Notes: generated by a model from the sequence alone, not told the origin. A stretch of 64,000 nucleotides of DNA from Escherichia coli (GCF_050320075.1 NZ_CP190018.1); one strand, 5' to 3'; shown: positions 11,817-24,916, counted from the stretch's first letter. A program made the numbers and translations.

Positions 11817-12812
11817 TCACTGCCATTTACGGTGATACGCGCCAAGGGTGGTCTGCGTGCCTTCGGACATCGACCCGAGCGTCTCCATCCACGCGCTTTG
11901 CGGTACGAAGTTTTGCGGATCGGCCTTACAACGGTCGATAGCCTGACGCCAGACTTTCGCCACCTGGCTGACATACGCCGGGCTACGCTGGCGGCCTTCA
12001 ATTTTCACCGAAGCAATATTCGCTGCCATTAACTCCGGCAGCAGTTCCAGGGTATTGAGACTGGTGGGTTCTTCCAGCGCGTGATAGCGCTCGCCGTCCA
12101 CCAGATAACGCCCTTTACACAGCGTCGGATAACCTGCGTTTTCGCCGTCCTGATAACGGTCGATCAGCACTTCGTTCAGGCGGGATTCCAGCCCCTGCGG
12201 CGTTTGCTGCCAGCGCACGAAGCGAGCCGGAGAACATGCACCGACGGTGTTGGGCGATTCACCCGTCAGATATGACGACAGATAGCAACGGCCTTCCGAC
12301 ATAATGCACAGGCTGCCGAAAGCAAAGACTTCCAGTGGTACAGGCGTGACCCGCGCCAGTTGTTTCACCTGATGAATCGACAACACGCGCGGCAGCACCA
12401 CGCGTGCAACGTCAAAATGGCGATGATAAAAGTTAATCGCCTCTTCATTGGTCGCCGAAGCCTGCACTGACACATGACGCTCAATATGCGGGTAACGCTC
12501 GGCGGCGTACTCCAGCATGGCGAGGTCGGCGAGGATCAGCGCGTCGGCACCCAGCTGCGCCGCCATATCCACGGCGCGCTGCCAACGGGCGTAACCGTCC
12601 GGGTGCGCAAAAGTGTTAATCGCGATGTGAAGTTTGCGGCGATGTTGATGGACAAAACTCACCGCTTCCTGCAATTTTTTCTCGGTAAAGTTAAGGCCGG
12701 CGAAGTGACGGGCATTAGTATCATCTTTTAGCCCGATATAAACAGCATCTGCGCCGTTTTCGATGGCCGCCTTAAGCGCCGGGAGATTTCCGGCAGGGCA
12801 GAGCAGCTCCAT
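11817..12812 (-). CDS. ubiU: U32-family peptidase-like protein, O2-independent ubiquinone biosynthesis
   Basis: ORF 11817..12839; start placed at MELLCPAGNLPALKAAIENGADAVYIG (331 aa). Confidence 0.8.
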   Translation of the reverse strand: MELLCPAGNLPALKAAIENGADAVYIGLKDDTNARHFAGLNFTEKKLQEAVSFVHQHRRKLHIAINTFAHPDGYARWQRAVDMAAQLGADALILADLAMLEYAAERYPHIERHVSVQASATNEEAINFYHRHFDVARVVLPRVLSIHQVKQLARVTPVPLEVFAFGSLCIMSEGRCYLSSYLTGESPNTVGACSPARFVRWQQTPQGLESRLNEVLIDRYQDGENAGYPTLCKGRYLVDGERYHALEEPTSLNTLELLPELMAANIASVKIEGRQRSPAYVSQVAKVWRQAIDRCKADPQNFVPQSAWMETLGSMSEGTQTTLGAYHRKWQ

Positions 12813-13020
12813 AATTTTTCCTGAAGGTTGCGCTATCAAAACGCAAAAATGTTAACGAACTGGGATTTTAGTTAACCTTGCTGCGACAATTTTTGATTTA
12901 AGGCAGTTAAAGTTGTATTGGTGGTAGCAGCAATTTCATATGGAATTGTTGATTTATACCGCTATGTTATTTTTCTAATATGGCAAAATAGGATGATTGT
13001 TGAAACAGGGAGTAAAACTC

Positions 13021-13545
13021 GTGTTGGATAAACTGCGTTCCCGTATTGTGCATTTGGGGCCATCTCTGTTGAGTGTACCGGTAAAACTGACGCCATTTGC
13101 GCTAAAACGCCAGGTTCTTGAGCAGGTCTTAAGCTGGCAATTCCGTCAGGCGCTGGATGATGGCGAGCTGGAGTTTCTTGAAGGCCGCTGGTTAAGTATT
13201 CATGTGCGTGATATTGACCTGCAATGGTTTACCTCGGTGGTGAATGGCAAACTGGTCGTTAGCCAGAACGCGCAAGCTGATGTGAGTTTTAGTGCCGACG
13301 CCAGCGATCTGCTGATGATTGCGGCGCGTAAACAAGATCCGGATACGCTCTTCTTCCAGCGTCGGCTGGTGATTGAAGGCGATACGGAGCTGGGGCTGTA
13401 TGTGAAAAACCTGATGGACGCCATTGAACTGGAGCAAATGCCGAAAGCCTTACGCATGATGCTGCTGCAACTGGCGGATTTTGTTGAGGCGGGAATGAAA
13501 ACCGCGCCTGAAACCAAACAGACATCGGTAGGTGAACCATGCTAA
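13021..13545 (+). CDS. ubiT: SCP2-domain lipid-binding protein, anaerobic ubiquinone biosynthesis accessory factor
   Basis: ORF 12997..13545; probable GTG start at 13021 giving 174 aa. Confidence 0.75.
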   Translation: MLDKLRSRIVHLGPSLLSVPVKLTPFALKRQVLEQVLSWQFRQALDDGELEFLEGRWLSIHVRDIDLQWFTSVVNGKLVVSQNAQADVSFSADASDLLMIAARKQDPDTLFFQRRLVIEGDTELGLYVKNLMDAIELEQMPKALRMMLLQLADFVEAGMKTAPETKQTSVGEPC

Positions 13546-14042
13546 TTCGAGTAGAAATTCCCATTGATGCGCCGGGTATTGATGCCCTGCTGCGTCGTTC
13601 ATTCGAAAGTGATGCGGAAGCGAAGCTGGTTCACGATCTGCGTGAAGATGGCTTTCTGACGCTGGGGCTGGTGGCGACAGATGACGAAGGTCAGGTCATT
13701 GGCTATGTGGCATTTAGTCCGGTTGATGTGCAGGGCGAAGACCTGCAGTGGGTCGGCATGGCACCGTTGGCGGTTGATGAAAAATACCGTGGACAGGGGC
13801 TGGCACGCCAACTGGTCTATGAAGGACTCGATTCGCTTAATGAGTTCGGCTATGCCGCAGTGGTGACGCTGGGCGATCCGGCGCTGTACAGTCGTTTCGG
13901 CTTTGAGCTGGCGGCGCATCACGATCTGCGTTGCCGCTGGCCGGGCACTGAAAGCGCCTTCCAGGTACATCGTTTAGCGGATGACGCGCTGAACGGCGTA
14001 ACCGGTCTGGTTGAGTATCACGAGCACTTCAATCGCTTTTAA
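13539..14042 (+). CDS. yhbS: GNAT-family N-acetyltransferase
   Basis: 167-aa ORF; overlaps ubiT stop by 7 nt. Confidence 0.85.
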   Translation: MLIRVEIPIDAPGIDALLRRSFESDAEAKLVHDLREDGFLTLGLVATDDEGQVIGYVAFSPVDVQGEDLQWVGMAPLAVDEKYRGQGLARQLVYEGLDSLNEFGYAAVVTLGDPALYSRFGFELAAHHDLRCRWPGTESAFQVHRLADDALNGVTGLVEYHEHFNRF

Positions 14043-14331
14043 TCTTTGGGGTTTGCAGGCTGCTCAACAGTTCTGCAAACCCTGCGCCTTCCGCTACCAG
14101 ACGCTCTTTTTGCCGTTTGGTCAGTTGCTTAACGCGATATTCCGCCCGTAGTGCCAGCGAACGATCGCCCACTGGCGCGGAAAACGCCAGCGTTAGTTCT
14201 CCTTTCCCGCGCAGTGCTTTCGCCCCTTTGCCGCTTTGGTGCTGCTGATAGCGGCGTTCGACATCTGTGGTGATCCCGGTATAAAGCTTATTGTCGGCGG
14301 TACGGATCAAGTAAAGAAACCAGGGTGTCAT
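14029..14331 (-). CDS. yhbQ: GIY-YIG domain endonuclease-like protein
   Basis: 100-aa ORF with [25 protein letters not shown] (GIY-YIG). Confidence 0.85.
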   Translation of the reverse strand: MTPWFLYLIRTADNKLYTGITTDVERRYQQHQSGKGAKALRGKGELTLAFSAPVGDRSLALRAEYRVKQLTKRQKERLVAEGAGFAELLSSLQTPKIKSD

Positions 14332-14381
14332 CGTCTGCGTCGCATGTTAAGGTCAGGCCCACAGTATAAAAGAGAACAGCA

Positions 14382-14804
14382 ATGGAAACACTCATCACCA
14401 TCAGCCGTTGGTTGGCAAAACAACATGTTGTCACCTGGTGTGTGCAGCAGGAAGGGGAATTGTGGTGCGCCAATGCCTTTTATCTTTTTGATGCGCAGAA
14501 AGTTGCCTTCTACATTTTGACGGAAGAAAAAACGCGCCACGCGCAGATGAGTGGGCCGCAGGCGGCAGTTGCTGGAACGGTAAACGGTCAGCCGAAAACG
14601 GTAGCGTTAATTCGCGGCGTGCAGTTTAAAGGTGAGATCCGCAGACTGGAAGGTGAGGAAAGCGACCTCGCACGCCAGGCGTACAATCGACGCTTTCCGG
14701 TTGCCAGAATGCTGTCGGCCCCGGTGTGGGAAATCCGGCTCGATGAAATCAAATTCACCGACAACACGCTGGGCTTTGGTAAAAAAATGATCTGGCTACG
14801 TAAC

Positions 14805-14825
<21 letters not shown>
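14382..14825 (+). CDS. yhbP: UPF0306 / pyridoxamine-5'-phosphate-oxidase-like fold protein
   Basis: 147-aa ORF; recognised sequence and position. Confidence 0.8.
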
Positions 14826-15413
<588 letters not shown>

Positions 15414-15440
15414 GGGAGCGCAAGGCAGACAATTCTGTAA

Positions 15441-16086
<646 letters not shown>

Positions 16087-16158
16087 TTATTCCCAAGAAT
16101 TGATAGTGAGCGTAATATTCACGCGCTCAATTATCATAACTTATTCCTGGGGAATGCT

Positions 16159-17199
16159 ATGACTGGTCAGTCTTCATCTCAGGCGGCAACGCCCATTCAG
16201 TGGTGGAAACCCGCGCTTTTCTTTCTCGTTGTCATTGCTGGTCTCTGGTATGTGAAATGGCAACCTTACTACGGCAAAGCGTTTACGGCTGCCGAAACCC
16301 ACAGTATCGGTAAATCTATCCTTGCGCAGGCGGATGCTAATCCGTGGCAGGCGGCGTTGGATTACGCGATGATCTATTTCCTCGCGGTATGGAAAGCGGC
16401 GGTGCTGGGCGTACTGCTCGGGTCGTTGATTCAGGTGCTGATCCCGCGTGACTGGTTGCTGCGTACGCTTGGGCAATCGCGCTTTCGCGGCACGCTGCTG
16501 GGAACGCTGTTTTCGCTGCCGGGCATGATGTGTACCTGCTGTGCGGCTCCGGTCGCGGCGGGAATGCGTCGCCAACAGGTATCGATGGGCGGGGCGCTGG
16601 CATTCTGGATGGGGAATCCGTTGTTAAACCCGGCGACGCTGGTGTTTATGGGGTTTGTCCTCGGCTGGGGGTTTGCGGCGATTCGTCTGGTCGCGGGGCT
16701 GGTGATGGTGTTGCTGATTGCGACGCTGGTGCAAAAATGGGTACGTGAAACACCGCTAACGCAGGCACCGGTCGAAATTGACATACCGGAAGCGCAGGGC
16801 GGATTTTTTAGCCGCTGGGGCAGGGCGCTATGGACGCTTTTCTGGAGTACGATCCCGGTTTATATCCTTGCCGTACTCGTGTTGGGTGCCGCTCGCGTCT
16901 GGTTATTCCCCCATGCTGATGGTGCTGTCGATAACAGCCTGATGTGGGTGATTGCGATGGCGGTAGCGGGATGCTTGTTTGTCATTCCAACGGCAGCAGA
17001 AATTCCAATTGTACAAACGATGATGCTGGCAGGCATGGGAATCGCTCCGGCGCTGGCATTGTTGATGACGCTCCCGGCGGTGAGTTTGCCGTCACTGATT
17101 ATGTTGCGTAAAGCGTTCCCGGCGAAAGCCTTATGGCTGACGGGGGCGATGGTGGCAGTGTCAGGTGTGATTGTCGGCGGGCTGGCGCTGTTGGCCTAA
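16159..17199 (+). CDS. yraQ: Putative permease (DUF318 family)
   Basis: 346-aa polytopic membrane ORF. Confidence 0.82.
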   Translation: MTGQSSSQAATPIQWWKPALFFLVVIAGLWYVKWQPYYGKAFTAAETHSIGKSILAQADANPWQAALDYAMIYFLAVWKAAVLGVLLGSLIQVLIPRDWLLRTLGQSRFRGTLLGTLFSLPGMMCTCCAAPVAAGMRRQQVSMGGALAFWMGNPLLNPATLVFMGFVLGWGFAAIRLVAGLVMVLLIATLVQKWVRETPLTQAPVEIDIPEAQGGFFSRWGRALWTLFWSTIPVYILAVLVLGAARVWLFPHADGAVDNSLMWVIAMAVAGCLFVIPTAAEIPIVQTMMLAGMGIAPALALLMTLPAVSLPSLIMLRKAFPAKALWLTGAMVAVSGVIVGGLALLA

Positions 17200-17320
17200 G
17201 ATGTTGGATGCTCCTGAATACAGCACTGGACGGTCCCCTCTCCCCTTTGGGGAGAGGGTTAGGGTGAGGGGAACAGGTCGGCTAAGGTGTGAATATTTAC
17301 TTCAACGACCGATCAATGGC

Positions 17321-17896
17321 TTATTTAATAAACGTAAACGCCGTGGTTACCCGCTTCACGCCGCTTACCCGGCTGGCAATATCTGCCGCCGCTTTCGCTT
17401 CACGTTCAGTCACTAGCCCCATCAGGAACACTTCACCGTTTTCGGTGGTCACTTTCACGTTGGACGATTTCACCAGGTCGCTGGTTAAGAGCTGCGAACG
17501 CACTTTGGTGGTGATCCACGTATCGTTAGACGCTTCGCCCAGACCAATCGGCTGGCCCTGACGAATCTCGTTATACACTTCGTTGGCACCGTCTACGCCC
17601 ATCGCAATTTGTTTAGCGCGAGCCGAAAGTTCAGCGTTTGGTGACTGCCCAACCAGCAGCACTTTGCCCTGATACGCCGTGACATTAATACGGGTTTCTT
17701 TCTTAATCTGTTCGTCTTTCGACAATGCGCTGTTTACGCGCACTTCCAGGGTACCATCGTCCACCTGGGTGCCGACACTGCGTGGGTCAGTTGCGGCTTT
17801 GGTACCTACAGCAGCGGTACCCACTACGGCAGCGGCAACACAACCTTGCAACAGCAGCGCGGAAAGAAGGACTGCGATTGGCGATAATGCCTTCAT
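17321..17896 (-). CDS. dolP: Outer-membrane lipoprotein DolP (dual BON domain)
   Basis: 191-aa ORF, lipobox LLQGCVAA, two BON-like halves. Confidence 0.88.
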   Translation of the reverse strand: MKALSPIAVLLSALLLQGCVAAAVVGTAAVGTKAATDPRSVGTQVDDGTLEVRVNSALSKDEQIKKETRINVTAYQGKVLLVGQSPNAELSARAKQIAMGVDGANEVYNEIRQGQPIGLGEASNDTWITTKVRSQLLTSDLVKSSNVKVTTENGEVFLMGLVTEREAKAAADIASRVSGVKRVTTAFTFIK

Positions 17897-17905
17897 GTAT
17901 TCTCC

Positions 17906-18496
17906 TTAAACATCCTGGTGAGGGAAAAGCGTGTTATCGATCAGATCGCACAGGCAATTTACCGTCAGCATATGCATTTCCTGAATGCGAGCACTACGAT
18001 GCGAAGGAATGCGGATCTCCACATCCTGTGGCCCTAACAAACCTGCAAGTTCACCGCCGTCATAGCCGGTTAATGCCACAATGGTCATATCACGCGTAAC
18101 GGCAGCTTCTACCGCTTTTACAATATCGCGGCTGTTGCCACGGGTGGAAATGGCTAACAATACATCTCCCGCATGACCCAGCGCCCGCACCTGTTTTGCA
18201 TACACTTCATCATGTAAGCGATCGTTGGCAATCGCCGTTAAGACAACATTATCAGTATTTAGTGCAATGGCAGGTAAGCTGGGCCGCTCCGTTTCGAAAC
18301 GGTTGATCATGCTGGCAGCAAAATGCTGTGCATTGGCAGCGGAAGTTCCATTACCACAACAGAGGATTTTGTTGCCATTGAGCAGAGACTGAACCAGCGT
18401 CATGGCTGCACGGGAGATGGCATCCGGAAGCGCCTCTGCCGCCGCAATTTGAGTTTGAATGCTTTCAGTGAAGCAAGCTTTAATTCTTTCTTGCAC
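17906..18496 (-). CDS. diaA: DnaA initiator-associating protein DiaA (SIS domain)
   Basis: 196-aa ORF, SIS phosphosugar-binding-like fold sequence. Confidence 0.88.
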
Positions 18497-18515
18497 GCTA
18501 ATCCTTAAACCTTAA

Positions 18516-18911
18516 TTATGAGTGGTCATTAAAGGCATCCTTAATCCACTCAACCTCATTCCCGGTGAAGGCTACCACATCGAACCGGCAATCCACAGTA
18601 TCAAAACTCCCATTATGACGCGCGAGCCACAAGCGGGCAGTCTGTAATAATTTGTGTTGTTTGCTGCGGGTCACACTGGCTGCCGCGCCGCCATAAAGCG
18701 CAGAGCGGCGGTAACGCACCTCGACAAAAACGGTGATCCGGCCTTCACGCATTATCAGATCGATCTCGCCGCCACGCTCGTTCACGTTAGCGGCGATAAA
18801 CCGCAGTCCTTTGCCTTCCAGCCAGCGACGCGCTTGTGCTTCCCACGCATCGCCGGTCTGTTTGGTGGTTAACTGGCGGGGACTACCTGACCTTGTTGGT
18901 ACTGTAGCCAT
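18516..18911 (-). CDS. yraN: UPF0102 protein (endonuclease-like fold)
   Basis: 131-aa ORF; 5' end overlaps lpoA 3' end. Confidence 0.82.
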   Translation of the reverse strand: MATVPTRSGSPRQLTTKQTGDAWEAQARRWLEGKGLRFIAANVNERGGEIDLIMREGRITVFVEVRYRRSALYGGAAASVTRSKQHKLLQTARLWLARHNGSFDTVDCRFDVVAFTGNEVEWIKDAFNDHS

Positions 18912-20905
18912 GATAACTTCCTGTTAATCACGCAATCCGGGTTAGCCGTCAGACTTCCGGTATTACCGTTGATTTCAAAACCCTGAACCTGGCGCATTTG
19001 TGAGAAATGATTTGCCAACGACCAGGCATCGACGCCCATCGCATACATGCGAGCCAGCGAATAATCGTTGTTCACCGCACTGAGCGCCTGCTGCATTAAC
19101 GGCAGATTACCGCCTGCCAGCATCGGGATTTCGCTGTACTGCAAGCCTTCCATCTCCAGACGGAAATCCGGGCCTGCGATGCCTTGTGCGCTGCGGGAAC
19201 TGGCGTACAGCGTTGCACCGCTCTGGCTACCGTTACGCATGGCGATCATCGGTTTGATAAAAGCGATTTCACCCGGCGTTGCCACAATGTACACCGCATC
19301 GACACGACCGCCATTATTGGTGAACTGGTCATCGGTTGGCGTGGTTTGCAGCGTTGGATTGTTGGTCGTCATGCCGGAGTCGGTTGTCGCTCTGGGAGTA
19401 ATCGGGCTACCCGTTAAAGCAATACCAGAACCGCCGTTAACACCCGCGCGTAATTCGCTGGTGGAACCAAATTTTTGTTGCAGAACGGTGCCGCCACCCA
19501 GTTTCTGCCACTCTTGCGCAAACGCATTGGCTACGCGATCGCCCAATGAACTGCGTGGGATCAGCACCAGCGGCGCTTGTTTACCCTGGTCACGAATATG
19601 ACGCGCCGCATCGCGCGCTTCGTCTTCCGGTGAAAGCGCGAAGTAACAAATATTGACGCGGTTTTCGATATTCTCCGGCTGGTTCAGTGCCAGCACGTTC
19701 AGCGGGGTGTTGCTCTTCAGCAACTCTTCAACGTTATTTTTCAGCAACGGACCGACCACAATACTCGCGCCATCCTGTTGAACCTGGTTGAGGATCTGGC
19801 TAAGTGGTTGTGATGATGTATCGTAGATTTTCAGCTCTGCGGATGGATTCGCGGGTGCGCTTACCGCTGCGGTGGTTGCCGCCGGGGCGCTTACAGGCAC
19901 CGGCTGGGCCGCAGGTTGTTCACCGGTCAGATCGCTAACCGAGGCTTGTGCCGGGCTGGCAACGCCATCCACGGTTTGCGGCTGAGGTTGTTCTGCTACG
20001 TCTGCGGCAGGTGCGGCAGCTACCTGAGCCGCCACTGGCTGAGTGCCGATATTTTTCGCCGCTTCAAAGCCTTGCTGAATAGTGCGACCAAATACCGCTG
20101 CCTGGCCATTCAGTGGCAACAGCAGGGCGATTTTGTTGGTCGATGCGGGTTTAAACGCTTTTACGTTAACCAACTGCGTTGGCAGCATTTTCGCGCCCGG
20201 GTTGTTCGGATAACGTTTCTGCCAGTCGGCGATCCCGGCTTTCATCATGTCGGGATCGTTACGGTTATCAAACCAGATGCGCTGCAGATCCAACCAGCCT
20301 TGCAGAATATTTTCGTCGGCATTGATCACCAGCGTATTCGCCTGTTCCTGAGTCATGGAGGAGAGCGCCTGCCAGGTGGCGTCAATATTCTGCTGCTTTT
20401 CTTTCGCGCCGAGCAGCGGTTCCTGAGCAATTAACGCGCGCAGTAAATCAATGGAAGGACGCCCCTGGCTGGCATCGATTTTTGCCTGCCAGTAACGCGC
20501 TTGCTGGTTTTGTTCTAAATCTGCAGGTGTGATTTTCGCCAGCAAGTTTTGCGCGCCAGCAAAATCTTTCTGCGCCAGTTTAATCTCTGCCGCCAGCAGT
20601 GTTTTCTCGCGACGCTGAGAATCGTTCAGTTCTTGCGGTAGTTGGTTAAACAACTCCACCGCCTGTCCGGTTTTACCTTCTTTCACCAGTGCACGAATGG
20701 CGAGTAATTGCCAGTTGATCCTGGTATCATCAGAACTTTGCTGCATCTGTTGCAGGTAAAAGGCAGAATCAGCCTGCGCCGTGCCCTGCATATAAGCAGT
20801 GGACTGATCGGGAGTATGGGTGCCACAACCGGCGAAAATCAGGGCTGCCAGAACAACAGGCAGACAACGCGCGGCTTTCAAACGAGAAAATGTTGAGGGT
20901 ACCAT
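18869..20905 (-). CDS. lpoA: Penicillin-binding protein activator LpoA (outer-membrane lipoprotein)
   Basis: ORF 18869..20935; start placed at [27 protein letters not shown] (lipobox); 678 aa. Confidence 0.88.
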   Translation of the reverse strand: MVPSTFSRLKAARCLPVVLAALIFAGCGTHTPDQSTAYMQGTAQADSAFYLQQMQQSSDDTRINWQLLAIRALVKEGKTGQAVELFNQLPQELNDSQRREKTLLAAEIKLAQKDFAGAQNLLAKITPADLEQNQQARYWQAKIDASQGRPSIDLLRALIAQEPLLGAKEKQQNIDATWQALSSMTQEQANTLVINADENILQGWLDLQRIWFDNRNDPDMMKAGIADWQKRYPNNPGAKMLPTQLVNVKAFKPASTNKIALLLPLNGQAAVFGRTIQQGFEAAKNIGTQPVAAQVAAAPAADVAEQPQPQTVDGVASPAQASVSDLTGEQPAAQPVPVSAPAATTAAVSAPANPSAELKIYDTSSQPLSQILNQVQQDGASIVVGPLLKNNVEELLKSNTPLNVLALNQPENIENRVNICYFALSPEDEARDAARHIRDQGKQAPLVLIPRSSLGDRVANAFAQEWQKLGGGTVLQQKFGSTSELRAGVNGGSGIALTGSPITPRATTDSGMTTNNPTLQTTPTDDQFTNNGGRVDAVYIVATPGEIAFIKPMIAMRNGSQSGATLYASSRSAQGIAGPDFRLEMEGLQYSEIPMLAGGNLPLMQQALSAVNNDYSLARMYAMGVDAWSLANHFSQMRQVQGFEINGNTGSLTANPDCVINRKLSWLQYQQGQVVPAS

Positions 20906-20969
20906 AATGTATCCAGTGATATTTTTTTTACGCAATGCTCAATATTAAATCGGCAATACGGACGACACA

Positions 20970-21833
20970 ATGAAACAACACCAATCGGCGGATAATTCTC
21001 AGGGCCAGCTTTACATTGTACCGACGCCAATCGGCAATCTGGCGGATATCACCCAGCGTGCGTTGGAGGTATTACAGGCCGTTGATCTGATTGCCGCCGA
21101 GGATACGCGTCACACCGGTTTATTGCTGCAACATTTTGGGATTAATGCTCGGTTGTTTGCGCTGCACGACCATAACGAACAACAAAAAGCCGAAACGCTG
21201 CTGGCGAAGCTGCAAGAGGGGCAAAACATTGCGCTGGTTTCCGATGCCGGAACGCCGCTAATTAACGATCCTGGCTACCATCTGGTGCGTACCTGCCGTG
21301 AAGCGGGGATTCGCGTGGTGCCGCTACCCGGGCCGTGTGCTGCTATCACTGCGTTAAGCGCCGCGGGTTTACCATCCGATCGTTTTTGTTATGAAGGCTT
21401 TTTACCTGCCAAATCAAAAGGCCGCCGTGATGCGCTAAAAGCCATTGAAGCGGAGCCGCGCACGCTGATTTTTTATGAATCTACCCACCGTCTGTTAGAT
21501 AGCCTGGAAGATATCGTTGCGGTATTAGGCGAATCCCGCTACGTCGTTCTGGCGCGTGAGCTGACCAAAACCTGGGAAACCATTCACGGCGCGCCCGTTG
21601 GCGAGCTGCTGGCGTGGGTCAAAGAAGATGAAAACCGTCGCAAAGGCGAAATGGTACTGATTGTCGAAGGCCATAAAGCACAGGAAGAAGACTTACCCGC
21701 CGATGCCCTGCGCACGCTGGCGCTGCTACAGGCAGAACTGCCACTGAAAAAAGCGGCGGCGCTGGCAGCAGAAATTCACGGCGTGAAGAAAAATGCGCTG
21801 TATAAGTATGCACTGGAGCAGCAGGGAGAGTGA
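20970..21833 (+). CDS. rsmI: 16S rRNA 2'-O-ribose C1402 methyltransferase
   Basis: 287-aa ORF; divergent from lpoA. Confidence 0.88.
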
Positions 21834-21882
21834 TTACAGGCGTCGCAGCAGGAATAGCGTTGCAACGCCTGTAGCAGGCGAG

Positions 21883-22650
21883 TTAACGACGACACATCTC
21901 ATCAATCATGCATGTGAAATAGTTATGCAGCCATAAAAATGAAGCCGGGATAGCGGTAGAGACTTTAGCCGTGAGAAAACGATCTGTCGCATCCTGCTTT
22001 CCTTCGCCAGTCACCAGTAACAAAACTTCGCGGGCATTGAGAATATCCTTCAGGCCTAAGGTGATCCCACGAGTCACGGGACGGCCCGCGGTTTTTAACA
22101 TCTCATGTTGCTGTGTTCTGGCATCAAGTTGACTGATATGGCAGGCCGGTTGCAGGTTTTCTCCCGGTTCGTTCAGCCCAAGATGACCGTTTTTCCCCAA
22201 TCCGAGAACGCATAAATCCAGGCCGCCTTTGCGCGCAATCAGGTTCGTTACCCGTTCGCACTCTGTCTCATTTATCTCTTCGGAGCGAAAGCTGATGAGC
22301 TGGTCTTCACGTAGCCCCAGCGGCTGCACGATATGCTGTTGTAGGAAAGTTTCGCAGGTGCCAGGCATAGTTAATGGCAGATCCACCCATTCGTCGAGCT
22401 TCACGAAGGTGAGATGGCTGACATCAACCTGCTGCTGGTGGATTTTTTCTACCAGATAATGATACGTCAGTAATGGCGTGGCTCCGGTCGCCAGGCAAAT
22501 CACGGCATCCGGTTTGCTACGGATCACGGCCAATAAATATTCGCTGGCACGTTCACTTAACGCCGTATAGTTTTCAACTTGTTGAAGGGTTTGCACAGGA
22601 TGAAATTCCTTTAGTAAAGAGGCACCACCAGACGCAGTGCCTCGTTCCAT
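21883..22650 (-). CDS. agaI: Galactosamine-6-phosphate isomerase/deaminase-like (NagB family)
   Basis: 255-aa ORF, NagB/RpiA-like; last gene of the aga cluster. Confidence 0.82.
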   Translation of the reverse strand: MERGTASGGASLLKEFHPVQTLQQVENYTALSERASEYLLAVIRSKPDAVICLATGATPLLTYHYLVEKIHQQQVDVSHLTFVKLDEWVDLPLTMPGTCETFLQQHIVQPLGLREDQLISFRSEEINETECERVTNLIARKGGLDLCVLGLGKNGHLGLNEPGENLQPACHISQLDARTQQHEMLKTAGRPVTRGITLGLKDILNAREVLLLVTGEGKQDATDRFLTAKVSTAIPASFLWLHNYFTCMIDEMCRR

Positions 22651-23442
22651 TTACAAAATGCCGAATGCAGAACAAACAATAGAGAGCACAAAAGTCACGC
22701 TGATTAACAGCACCGGATGCGCTTTTTTCACCCGCAGGAAGTAATACATCAACAGGGTGTAGGCCATCGGTAAAATGTTCGGGAAGACTTTATCGAAGAA
22801 ATCCTGCTGCAGTGCGACGCTGTGGGTACTGTCGATGGCAAACGATGTCACCACGTTAATATGCACATACGAAGCGATCAGCCCGCCGATTACCGTGATC
22901 CCGAGGATGGTTGCCGAACGGGCAATCATCTGCGAGTTCTCTCGCACTTTATCGATCGCCTTCACGCCGACTGAATAACCGACGTGGGTCCAGCCGACGC
23001 GCAGGAAAAAGATAAGCAGGTAAACGGCGAAAAATAGAATCGGCCCCAGCAGGTTTCCCTGACTGGCAAACGATGAGCAAATCCCCGCCATAATCGGCAA
23101 CAAAGTGAACCAGAAAATCGCATCGCCAATCCCGGCGATTGGGCCAAACAGTGCCACTTTGAGGCCTTTAATGGTGTCGCGGTTTTCTCCTTTTTCTTCC
23201 ATCGAAATTAATAACCCCCTCAGGAATCCGACCAGATTCGGGTGGGTATTAATAAATTCGAGGTTATCTTTCATCGCTGCGCTTAGGCCCGGTTTGTCAT
23301 CCTTATAAATCTTTTTCAGGATCGGCAACATCGCCCAGGTAAAACCGCCCGCCTGCATCCTTTCGTAATTAAAGCTCGCTTGCAGCAGTGACGAACGAAA
23401 GCCCAGACGGGTGATATCTTTTTTACTGATTTCAGATCCCAT
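22651..23442 (-). CDS. agaD: PTS galactosamine-specific EIID component
   Basis: ORF extends to 23589; start placed at MGSEISKKDITRLGFRSSLLQASFNYERMQ (263 aa). Confidence 0.85.
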   Translation of the reverse strand: MGSEISKKDITRLGFRSSLLQASFNYERMQAGGFTWAMLPILKKIYKDDKPGLSAAMKDNLEFINTHPNLVGFLRGLLISMEEKGENRDTIKGLKVALFGPIAGIGDAIFWFTLLPIMAGICSSFASQGNLLGPILFFAVYLLIFFLRVGWTHVGYSVGVKAIDKVRENSQMIARSATILGITVIGGLIASYVHINVVTSFAIDSTHSVALQQDFFDKVFPNILPMAYTLLMYYFLRVKKAHPVLLISVTFVLSIVCSAFGIL

Positions 23443-24235
23443 TGCTGTAGTCCTCTTCTTCATTTTTACTGGCAACGGGCTGCGGTTGCGCTTGCTGCCG
23501 GGATTTCGCATTGAAAAACTCATACACCGCAAAGCCTGCGCCCAGTACGGCAACCGGCAACAGGTTGCTGACCTGGATGTAGCAAACAAACAGGAAACCG
23601 GCGATCAGGTAAGGGATATATTGCGCTTTGAACATCACGCGCAGCAGCAAGCCAAAACCAACGGCAGGCAGAATACCGCCAGCCACTTCAAAGCCGTGGG
23701 TCAGCCAGGCGGGCATCGCTTTCACCAGCGCCTGCATCGCCCCTTGTGCCAGGTAAGTACAGAGGAAAGCAATCACCGCATACGCTGAAGCGACGATGAG
23801 CATCGTTGTCCAGTTAAGTCGGGAAAACGCTGCCGTATCCGCCTCTTTTGCGCATTTATCGGCTTTGGTCATAAATAATGAGAAAGCGGAATAGAAGAAC
23901 AGAATGACGTACTGCATTAACAAACTAAACGGCAGGCCAAGACCAATTGCCGTTTTGGCATCAACGCCCGTAGACCATGCAATGACAGTGGTCATCAGAC
24001 CCGCCATAATCGGGTTGGGCGGCTGAACACCACCTGCAGGGGTTAATCCGGCGAAAGCCAACTCTGTCAGGCCACCGGTAATTAAGCCAGTCTGAATATC
24101 ACCGAGAATAGCGCCAGTTAGGGTACAAACGATTATCGGGCGGAATAAAAATAAGGCTTCCAGCCAAAAATCAATCCCCAGAAAGAAAACTAACGCCGCC
24201 AGGGATAATCCCTGAAGTAGGGTTATTTCATGCAT
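23432..24235 (-). CDS. agaC: PTS galactosamine-specific EIIC component
   Basis: 267-aa membrane ORF, mannose-family IIC. Confidence 0.85.
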   Translation of the reverse strand: MHEITLLQGLSLAALVFFLGIDFWLEALFLFRPIIVCTLTGAILGDIQTGLITGGLTELAFAGLTPAGGVQPPNPIMAGLMTTVIAWSTGVDAKTAIGLGLPFSLLMQYVILFFYSAFSLFMTKADKCAKEADTAAFSRLNWTTMLIVASAYAVIAFLCTYLAQGAMQALVKAMPAWLTHGFEVAGGILPAVGFGLLLRVMFKAQYIPYLIAGFLFVCYIQVSNLLPVAVLGAGFAVYEFFNAKSRQQAQPQPVASKNEEEDYSNGI

Positions 24236-24273
24236 TTTTATTACCTCAAACCAATATTAAGGCGATTTTAGAT

Positions 24274-24750
24274 TTAGTCAGGGATTTGTTCTTTTTGATC
24301 GCCAGGGACGTCCTGAATGAAAACATTCACGCCACGTTGTTTAATAAAACGTAAGTCCGTGAGATCCTGGTCATCGACATAAACTTTACTGCTGATTTGC
24401 TTTTTCCCTTCCGAGAAATGCATATTGCCGACGTTGACATCTTTCAGGTCAATACCACCTTCTACCAATTTACGTACCGTTTGTGGCGTACGGCAAATCA
24501 GGAAGATCTTCTGATGCGGTGCAGCTTTGCCGATGACGTTAATGGTTTTTTCGATAGTAAAGAAACGAATGCCAAAGCCGTAGGTTTCCGCGGTAATACC
24601 CATTAATTTCTGTTGAATATCATCGTTAGCGACAACATCATCCACGACTACCAGCAGATTTGCACCGATGGTGGATGTCCAGGTCACGCCAACCTGACCG
24701 TGAACCAGACGGTTATCAATACGGGTTAAGAGAATATTTGGACTGCTCAT
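24274..24750 (-). CDS. agaB: PTS galactosamine-specific EIIB component
   Basis: 158-aa ORF with RIDNRLVHGQV (mannose-family IIB signature). Confidence 0.85.
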   Translation of the reverse strand: MSSPNILLTRIDNRLVHGQVGVTWTSTIGANLLVVVDDVVANDDIQQKLMGITAETYGFGIRFFTIEKTINVIGKAAPHQKIFLICRTPQTVRKLVEGGIDLKDVNVGNMHFSEGKKQISSKVYVDDQDLTDLRFIKQRGVNVFIQDVPGDQKEQIPD

Positions 24751-24916
24751 TGTGTAATCCTCACCATAAAGTTGAATAATATAATTTTTTTAAATATATT
24801 ATTATTGCGATATTTTACTGATGTATTTATTAAGGTTTAGTTATCTCCTTTACCATTAAGGCACTCCCCGATATTAATCGGGAAGTACATTGGGATAAAT
24901 CATAAAAAAATAATGA

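Noticed and set aside
19068-19601. 177-aa plus-strand ORF inside lpoA, and similar ORFs at 19184..19417 and 19916..20434
   Set aside because: Antisense to lpoA; no start context or domain signal.
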